This document shows, piece by piece, positions 18,694-29,100 of a DNA stretch of 64,000 nucleotides. The notes below the pieces were generated by a model. It was not told the DNA's origin and made no database searches. It worked only from the letters and a program-made list of their open reading frames with translations. Made by a program: the position numbers and the translations under genes. This stretch comes from Balanoglossus misakiensis. Lineage: Eukaryota > Animalia > Hemichordata. Within the stretch, counting starts at the first letter, position 1. Each line of letters opens with the position of its first letter. The stretch spans positions 3,378,902 through 3,442,901 of the forward strand of contig CM082585.2 in the NCBI GenBank assembly GCA_040954595.2, read 5' to 3'.

Positions 18694-21114
18694 ATGAAGA
18701 TTAGTCATCAAAAGAAGTTGCAGACGTTTTGCAGAGTCTGTGGCTACAAAATGAAAAAAATTGAAGAGACGGGGTAGCTTTGTAAAAGTGTGTGACTTCA
18801 GGGAGGAAATTTTAAACGTATTCGACATTGATGTCACACATGACCAGGCAGATATTCACCCACAATACCTATGTGCAACTGATGAAGCTATATTGAGGAA
18901 AAGCAGACTGACAAAAATCAAGTCGAGAAAATACATGGCTGTACAACCACTACTGGCATTCAAACAATGTTCAGGAGCTGAAAACTGCCGTGTTTGTAAC
19001 AACAAAACTAAAAGACCACCAAGAAGGCCACGATTTTTGAAATCTTCAAGTTTGTCCACAGACTCTCTGAACGTAAGTAAAAGTACATTTTGTACATGTA
19101 CACTGTAGGTATAATTTATGTGCATACACAAGGCACTAGTAGTTTTAATTGTTGATTGGTGTGTACGTTGTACATGTCATTCCACTTATATAGTAAATGG
19201 GATTAGATCATAACAGTGGTTCATCTAGACAGGGGGGAGGGGGGGTTCAGCCCTATTGACATGTTGACACCCCCTAGCAATTTTTTCAGGGGGGGGGGGG
19301 GACTAGTGCCCCTTAAAATGGTGTCATTTACATGTATGATGCTGAAGAAGTTACTGTCCCCCACCCCTTGCCAGAGTGCAATCCCCCTTAAACATTCTGG
19401 GCAAGAGGGGGGGGGCATCCCCCCTGCTGATACCATCCTGCATGAAACACTGACGTATCGTTCCTTTTTCCATCCACACCACCTTCTGTCTCTAATTACT
19501 AACAAATCTTTTTTTCCATAATAGCCTGAACAGAAACAGTCTGTGAATGATGTATCACCTGAAGTCACACCTATACCACTTGCAGATGATGGAAATTTTG
19601 AAAGGTGAGTTCATGTAAAAGCTACATGCCACACCAGATAAATCAAACATTTTTTACATCAGGTGTAACTGACAAGTACTGTGGTTATTTATTCTACTTT
19701 CCCTTGTTTCATTTGTAAATACATTTAGTTACCAATAATTGAATTAGTGACATCCCAACATTTGCTAAAATTATATGGCTATTAAATTGATTGTGTGTTT
19801 GACCTATTGGAATTTGGATATGTTTTTTTTTTTCACCTGCAGTCATTTGATTATTGATAACAGAGAGAGACTCAACAATTTGTATTTCACAAAATGAATT
19901 GTACTTGGTGTATGATAGTTGATACTCTGAAACTTGTGAAACATTATAATTGTGTGTCAGTGATGTACATTATGCATTTAAAAATGGTGTGACAAGACTA
20001 CCGGGGTAGATATTTTATTGATTCTGTTGTTATATGAATCCCATGATGTTTTTCTTTGTCATATATACGAGTGGTTTTTGTGGGGCCATGCAATTTCGAG
20101 TCCTAATTTGCAAAAACCTGTCTTGTATCTCAACCTCAAGTAGAAATTGTCCTGACCACAAATAAAGGCAAAACTTGTCCATTGCTTGTTGAATTTTCAG
20201 TGTTAAATAATGTTCATTTTTTACGTTTTCTTTTTTCCAGCTCAGAAGCTGATGTAATAATTGACGATGAAGGATTTGAAGCAGATGGCTTCTATGTTGA
20301 ACACCACGGCAAAATCTATCAGTATGATCCGCGCATCATCAGTGATGAAGATTTCAAGAGTCTTCTTTCTAAACAAGAGAATGAAAGGAGCTTTCAAAGT
20401 CTCATGGATGAATTGGCAGATTTTGGAACACTTCTTTATGGCTGGAACACAACTGTTCGTACTGAGACTATCTACCTGACACAATTGTCATTCGGTGACA
20501 AGTTCCCAGTCATCAGTAAGTCAGTCACAATCAACCCGGATTTGTCAGTCATCATCTATGTACACAACCAGCAGTTATTGCCTGATCATCCAATATTCAA
20601 CAAATGCTCCGTACGATCAAAGCAAGACGTTCTCGGAATGCTCTCAGAATTGGCCAAGTTTAATGTATGCTGCGGTAACTTTGATGATGACTTCCTGGAC
20701 TTTGTACCCGGTGGTGTCGGCCCGTCTCAATCTGGCCCGAAAGCCATTTCAGCAAGTTTCAGAGAGGGCAATTTCCATGCCACTTCAGCTGTTGGTGTGA
20801 AGTATGAAAGCACAATACGCTCTGTTGATTGCCAGCTGCTTGTCAACGGGATCAGATGCCATGCTTGCAGTCAATATAGGGGAACCTTACGACGTATGCG
20901 AAGCAGAAGGACAAAGTCGGCTGTCACGGAGAGAATTGGTCCGCAGTCAAGAGTACCTTACACCGCACTCAGTAAAGATGAACTTTGCCAGAAACTGCGT
21001 AACACCCAAATGGAACTTAAACAATTACAAGTAACAAATGAACGCATTAAGCAACAATTAAGAGAAAGAATCAATGAGGAAGGCGTTGAATTTAACAATT
21101 TGTCTGTGGTATAG
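18694..21114 (+). CDS. Transposon-derived zinc-binding protein: RAG1-N-terminal/Chapa-like domain + CxGN...TIRxxxC...RCxxC module + coiled coil, no catalytic core; 3 coding exons, ~443 aa if one A in an A7 run is removed
   Basis: Acceptor TTTAG| at 18674. Exons 18694-19072, 19525-19604 and 20241-21114 are GT-AG and in phase. Motifs: HQKKLQTFCRVCG...FDIDVTHDQADIHPQYLC...FKQCSGAENCRVC and VCCGNFDDDF...TIRSVDCQLLVNGIRCHACSQYRGTL. There is one frameshift at AAAAAAA 18754-18760. Confidence 0.7.
19214..19452. mobile_element. hAT-like MITE with G/C tracts, in an intron of the RAG1N-like gene
   Basis: CAGTGGTTCAT / ATGAAACACTG inverted ends with subterminal CAGGGGGG / CCCCCCTG. No clear TSD. Confidence 0.5.
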
Positions 21115-23134
21115 ACTGTTTTGGCTGGTCCCCTGCCTTGGTGACAAGCACCAAAGAGACTGGTAATGGCAAACCGCAATATTTAGAATTGTTTAATCTG
21201 ATTGGCTAGTAAAGGAGCGTTCTCATTGGTCACAATTACTTCCGGGCAGGATTCAATCTGTCATGTTTCTTGATATCATTTTTACCCTTCCCGAATATAT
21301 ATACATTTTTTAAAAACAACAGTTTATGATGGAAGTGAAGCTGATATCAATACAACTACTGACACAGATGTACTTAAATTTTACATCAGACATGCGCATC
21401 AACTCACTTCTGGAATGTCAAAAAATTAGCACATTACAAAATGGCTGATGGAGTGTATCTGCATCTATCTACCTGCCTATCTTGTCAAATGAGACGCAGT
21501 GATCAGCGAAATAGGCTGTTAGACTAACGATGTCATTGGAACCTCTAACTTACTCGATGTGCAGTTCTGTTGTCTATGATTGTACTAGTTAAGATCTAAT
21601 AGTTTTAATACAATTACAATTATTTTAATCATTTTAGAATATGCTGTTTCTTTGCATAAAAGCAGTTTCATAAATTTCCATGTAATCAAATAAAATACTG
21701 TCACTGTACCATGCAGGCACCTCCATGCATGCACAATGGAAGAAACTTAAGAATATTGAGAATTGTAAATGTTATCATAATGTTGATGATAAACAGCAAT
21801 GTCCTTACTGGAGTTATTTTATGTATCTCAGGCGACCTTTGACCTATTTTCCCATATCCACAGCAGATGCAGCATCTAAATTTGATGTGGTAGTTTATCT
21901 TTAGAGGTCCAGGCTTCCCATAGAAAACAATAGATTTGGACTGGACCATGGTGGTGAAAGGGTTAAATCCACAAGAGAACACTAGCAATCCTTTTAAAAG
22001 TTCTGCTATATGTGCTACCCATTCATTACCTTTTAGACAAAAAATCATGTATCTTAACCCGATCATTATTCCATCTTATTTGTAGATCTGTCTTTTGCCT
22101 TCAGAATTTTGTTTCCTCAATGCGAGGGTGCAACATTTGAATTCAATAGATCTGATTTCTTGGTTGAATGGCTGCTGATGCAGTGGCCTTCTGCAGGCAT
22201 CCAATAATGCCTACCCTCTTAAAAACCTCAGAGGAACACTTTCACCTATGTATTCTTATGGAAAAGGACTGCTGAAGACTTTGTTTTGACACTGAGGGCA
22301 GTTTTGGCAAGAAATAAAATTTCAATCTCAATCTCTCTTTCTCACTCACTCTCTCACCCTCTAAGAAAATCTTCTACCTTTGCAAACATCTGAGCGTTTC
22401 TAGACATTTCAAATTCTGCAGTACAATGGACCAAATAGAAACACAAAACCAACCAATTGAAATAAAACAATTTAATGCTGAAAAATATATACTGTATAAC
22501 TGTATATAAACTACCTAAAAAATATATATATACTGTAAAATTGTATAACTACTTTTGAACAAAAACAGGTTAAATGTCCCTAAAAGGCAAATGCAAATTT
22601 CAAAACAAATTTCAACACAAACTTCACTAAGTTCGTCTCTACAAAGTTGCATACATGATTTGAAAGGAATGGGAAAGGTTTCTCAGAAGATTTTTGAAAG
22701 AATTTTGCCCAAAAATGGCAAAATTTGCCGAAAAATCCATCCTCCATACATCAGCCCAATCTGAATATACGTTTCTTATATTATAACAATGTCAGAGCAA
22801 TCTAACCAATGATAAAGAGAAAATGATTTTTGACAAAAAATGGGAAGAATTGCCCCAAAAATACAAATATAGAAATTTCAACAAATTTGACTACGGTCAT
22901 CCCAAGCAAGTTACATACAACATTCACAGCAATGGGACAGGTAGTTTCTGAGATGATTTTCGACCAGTCACTCCACTTATCTGATAAACTCAATCTGCGT
23001 TGCGGACAGCTAAAAATCTAGTTAACTTTGTTTCCCCTTTCGACTAGTTCTAGTTCAAAACGTTGGCACCCGGGTTTTTGCATGCAATACACGGCCTGAA
23101 AGTGGCCAAGTCGAGTCCTTCGCCAAGATGTTAC

Positions 23135-26100
23135 TCAAACTTCTCCCGTTTTCTTCATGGTTCTCCACTTGTCCTTCAAGTTCACGTTGGTGCGGTTGTT
23201 GAAATGGAAAGATTTCAAAATCTCACTCCACTTGCCGGTGCCGCACAGTTGCACTCCGCGTTTCAGATTAGCCTTTTCCTGGTCTGACCATGCGCGCCTC
23301 AGACTGCCGGGTGTCCTGATCTTCATTGGAGTGGAACTGGACAAGGGTTGCAGTCGTCGTGATGGTGCTGTCAGAAAAGTCGCAACAACACAAATATAAG
23401 GAAATTGCTACATTTCAAGAAAAACAAATCTCAGTGTTATGTCAATGTTCAAAAGGTTTGATCTTCGTGAGTGCACAAACAGCTACAGATACAGGGGCTT
23501 TAAAAATAGATATATGAATGAATGTACCCTCATACAGAACATGTGGTTTGATCTACTCACGTGTACTGATGTCCGAGTCGGAATCTGACCATGGGACTTT
23601 CTCGTCCTTTATCTTGGGTTTAACTTTAAGGCCATGAATATGAAGTCTGTTTGTATGACACTTTACTTCCCTGAAACGAAAAAAAATTCAACAGAGTGTA
23701 TATCAACAGCCATGATCAGAAGAACATCAAAAGCACATCTAATCAACACCATAATTTCAAAAATCGCGCCAAGGACACAGTGGTCCCATTGAGGGATTAC
23801 ACAAGAAAAAGTCTACACCGGAGTACATGGCCGTATACAGACAGACACACACACACATAGCGAGAGATCAATGGGCAAACACTGACTGACCCATAAGCTG
23901 CCAATGGGATATTTACTGTACATATACTAAATAGAACAGCTGACCTTTTTAAAACTTAGCCAGATATGTAATCATTCAGGAATTTGCTGTGTATATAAAT
24001 ATCACAGGATGGGGTTCCTGCCTATTTTAAACAACTCAATAAAGTAAATACACACCACTTTGTAAAGCAATCTGACCAGTAGTTCTTGAGTTACTGAGTT
24101 TTGACCAAATTCACATTTTTCCAGCTAATTTGCATATTTTTGGCAATGACAACTTCATTTGAACAAACTCCCATCTACAGCCCAGCCTGTGCATCAGCAC
24201 ACCAAATATCAAGGTGATAAATGCAGCAGTTATCAAGTTTTTGATGTGGACGGACATACAGACATCCATACATACATACATACATACACATGCAACCGAT
24301 CCCATAAGGTCCCATGGTATAAACCAATGGGACCTAAAAACTGACTGAGCAACAGCAACTTACAGGAACAAAGTTACTCAGAACAAAATTGTATAGTTTA
24401 CATAATTATTCACATTTAAGGATTCCCAGCAGGGGGAGGACTTTTTGTTGACATTTTCAAACGAAACAAAATTAATTTCTTAAAAAGGGTACTTGCCAGT
24501 CTATTCATAGATTGTTCCCCCATATTTGGTCTCATCAGAATCATCGCATTCACATTATTTACCTGTGAGGAGTTGTGTCTGCACTGGTATCATCCGCACC
24601 ATCTTCCATGGAATTGTTATCTTGCTGCACCAATAACATCCCACTGTTTCCCCCAGTGTCAGTCTCACATGTGCAGATCAACTTCTTTCCTAGAGACACA
24701 CGTCGTCCACCTTCCAAGTCACTCTCCTCCTCATCATCACTGGATTCGGGGTCCCTGCAGCGTTTCTGCCGCTTTGCATTTTCCTTATCCTTCATTGTCA
24801 GAGAAATTAACAAAAATATCGCTATAATAAAATTAAAAAAAATTCCCTACCTTACCCTGCCTACCCTATTTTTGAAAACCATGTAATCAGAACAGCACAC
24901 ATTATTTTGGGAGGCCTAAATAAGTATACACACAAGATTCACCTGTGCTGTCTTCATTTCAGCCAAGACCTGAGGAGCACAACTCTTCACTGGATTCCAC
25001 CCAAGCACATTGCCTCTTTTCACACGGATAATTTCATAGCCGTTCCCGGGCCTGGCGTCATCTACCTGAACATCTTCCCTGTAGAAATATACAAATATGC
25101 ATGGGTTAATTGGTGGTTTTAAAGGTATACGGTCACCTATGGAAAATTAGCTATACATGTAGTTACCATGGAGATCTAGCCAATCACAGATTTTCAGTGG
25201 GTGGCACACGCGAAAAAAAGAGCGCCACCATATGTTTTTTAGAACGCTCAAATACGCCATTTCAGCCATATATGGGCCGTATATAAATTGGAGGTGACCG
25301 TATACCTTTAAGTCATTTCAGTCCGACCAGGTCAGGTCAGATTAATGATAACTGTGTGTACAATGAACAGGTGTAAATACCCATATGAAAGTTTGTGTCC
25401 GCAGTAGACCTCTAGGAAATAAAACGTAACCACACAACTTGCCTTCACTTTTTAACACCCCTACATTTCATCACACAGAAACAAGACTGGAATTTATCTC
25501 TACTGGGGTTCAGAACTGTTTCTTTTAGTCTTTTTTTTTTCCTCACTCTGTTCATTGAATCAATGTTTGTAAAAAATTCATGGGCCCAGTCAATAGTCAG
25601 AAAAAAAATTCAAATGGAAACACGAGATTTCTCAAAAGCAATGTTGACAAAACGAGCACTCATGATGTAAAAAGCATCCAAATGTCTAACACCCATACCT
25701 GTTTCCACAGATTTGTTCCATTTCCCTCTTTATTCCTTCTCTCCAATCAACAACAACATTCATCTCATCACTATCAACCCCGGTCACAGCTTCAGGTCTT
25801 GCAGTAGTAAGAGTCTTCTTCTCAAGCTACAGATACATTTAGGGTTAAAGTCTCTCTCACGTTGTCCTTTTCCCATTAATTACGTTTGATACAAGACACT
25901 GTTTATGTTAATGTATATGTGTATATGTAGTGAATGAACGTTCAACCACACACAGCTTGCATCCCACTTGTATGATTGATATGAGAGTAAACTCGCCCCA
26001 AATGAATAAATAAATGGTAGAGATCGATTATTCATTTTGGCGAGTTTTTTCACTCTCACATCTACAAGTGGGATGGAAGTTGTGTGTGGTCGAACGTTGA

Positions 26101-29100
26101 TTCAATATATATCCACATGAAGAATAACATAAACGGTGTCTTGTATCAAACATAATTAACGGAAAAGGGGCAGCGAGAGAGAGACTTAGTCCCTTTCAGA
26201 AATTAGTTCAAGAAATGTAGACGACTCAATGGCAGAAAAACCAGCCGTAAATGGAGGGAAACAAATCTAGCCAACATAATGTTCAAAAACAGAAATGCTA
26301 TCTCCACCCCCCCCCCCCCCAACTTGTCACCAGATGTACACAGTACAATTCTGTTTTCTATATCAATTCAATAAAAAAATACTTGTTTACAATGGTGAAT
26401 TTTACAATATTCACCCAGTTTCAGTTGTCAGATACTCTAGCACCACACTATCCAAGAATGCAAAGTACTGTGATGTTTATACAATTTTTATAGCCGTACA
26501 TTTTATATGAGCAAACAAAATAAAAGTCATAATGAATAACTGTCTGAAAACATAACATCATAACTTACATCTTGTAGCCATGCCTTCTTGAATTTTTGCT
26601 GAACTTTTTCCAAGATTTTAACCATGGCCTTGTGAAATCTCGCATATGAGTTGTCTTTGATGAACTTCTGCTTTTGAGCACCAGTTTTGTCTCTCAGAAT
26701 CTCAGCTATCTCTTCTTTCACTTTCTATATGGGGAAAAATGTAAAATTATCTTCAAGTAAGAACGTAAGTAGAGTGAGTGCAGAAAATTGACATTTGCAT
26801 TCGAACACCCTTACATTTTTAAACTACATTAATTTTTAGAAAAAAAAGTTGAGACAGTACAGTTGATCATCTTGTTATATTATTTTTTATAAAACCATAT
26901 TAATTTTGGGAAAAAAGATGAAACAGTACAGTTGTAGGATGCTTGTTTATTTGCATATCTATAATACATGTCCATCTCAGTTTGTTAATTTGAATTCCTA
27001 TTATACATTTCAGAAAATAAACAGCTATCTGTGCTCACCTGTTCCACTGCTGAAAGATTTTCCTTATCCCATAATCTGTGAAATACATCTCGTGCTTTAG
27101 CGTGATTACCAGCCTGAATGCACACGACCACTGCCTAGAGATAAGGACAAAAGATGATAAGTTCTTTAATGATGGGGGTCAATAATTTCACTAAAACAAC
27201 TCACTGTAGTAAGCTGTGAAATTGGTGATATTTACTTGAGATCTGTATCATTTTTGTCAATGTGACCGCGTGCATTGCTGCATGCAACCTTTTTGCAAGC
27301 TCAGCAATTGATAATGAAATTACCATTAACCACTACATTTAAACTTAGGGACAAAGTCTCTCTCTCTCTCTTTCTCTGCCCCTTTTCCATATATTAAGTT
27401 TGATACAAGACAACATGCATGTTAATGTACATGTGGATATATAGTGAATAAATGTTCAACAACACAACTTCTATCCGACTTGTAGACACGAAACTGAAAA
27501 AACTCGCCAAAATGAATGATTGTTCTCTACCATTTATTCATTTTGGGCGAGTTTTTACTTCCATATCATAAAGCGGGGTGGAAGTTAGGTGTGGTTGAAC
27601 GTTCATGCACTACATATAATTATAGTATACACATGTAAAATGACATAAAGGATGTCTCGTATCAACATAATTAATGGAAAATGGGCAGCGAAAGAGAGGC
27701 TTTGTCCCTTTAACCCTATTGCTACCGGGGGTCATATCTGGTTAGAGTGTCAAGTCCCTTAAAATACGTATTTGCCTCTTTTTCTTCTGAAACGTATTTT
27801 GACTGTCTTGACATGGCTCTCATACGTACTTAAACAGTCAGGACGTAAGTGGGGTAATTAAACAGCAGGGGATCATGCAATGCAAACACTTGAACTGGCC
27901 AGTAACGTTTGAATTGCTCATTTGCATACAGTTTTTCAACTTTTTTCACAACGAAAGTTAAGCAACTTGCAACCCATTTCTGACAATTATTTCACCCCAG
28001 GCACATTACTGGTACTATGAGTGTACTACATGTGATTTTTCATGAAGTTTTATCCAGAAGAATTTCTTAACTTCCACTGACAAAATTGTGATCACGAAAT
28101 TCAAAGTGACCTTGAAGTTAAAAAATAAAAAAAAAAATATCAGCCATACCCACACAAAAATTAACCCCCTCAGGTTTTAGAAACATTATTAAACTCCTCT
28201 ATTCATAATTTTGACATGAATATATCCATGCCGAGAGTCAAGGACCACAATTTACAGTGCCATAGGTCAGTCCTGAGAAGTCAGTCAGCGTGAATAGTGT
28301 ATAGACTCCATATGTAATATGCTAATGAGAGTTAACGATGCGTTGAAAAGGAAGCCATTACGTCATGGGTTAACATGCGTTGACCCATTTCAATGCATAC
28401 ACATATGGCAAACACGGCTGTACTCGTCGATGGCGAAGGCAATTTTTACACCGTCATTACTCCACAACGGAGCGGCTCACACTATTATAATTTCACGGTA
28501 ACTTAGTTCAATATCTTCCTAACCTACCCAATTTTTTTCAAGACAAGAAATCTTTGCTGAGAGTCAAGGACCACAATTTAAACCAACATACCGAAACTGT
28601 CTTTCTCGGGAACGCGTCTTTAAAACTTCACGAAAAATCATCCTATCATTGACTATGGTGTTTCATACACGTCTTAGAAAAATGGGTGCACTACGATCAC
28701 TTGTAGTACCGAAAATCTCCGTTTGAAAATTTTTCGAACTGGCCGTAACTGCCACTCAGCGACGTTCACATTCAAATAGATCTCTTTGATCTCACCGCCG
28801 TAATTACCCCACTTACGTCCTGACTGTAGACACACTTGGCAGTCTGAGCCCCCTGAAAAATGTACCAAATCGTACTGGTTTGTACTGTATTGGTCTGAGG
28901 GTCATGTACATGTATATGATGTATAGGCCCTACTGATTAACACACACTTGGCAGTCTAACAGGCCTGGGAGCCCGGATTCTAGGCACCCTGGAAATCAAA
29001 CCAGTTCATACTGACTTGGCAGCGTTAGGGTTAAACCAGCAGAGGAGAGCTATGGATACTGGTGGGGATGTTGGGGCACGTATATGTGTTGCCAAAAATA

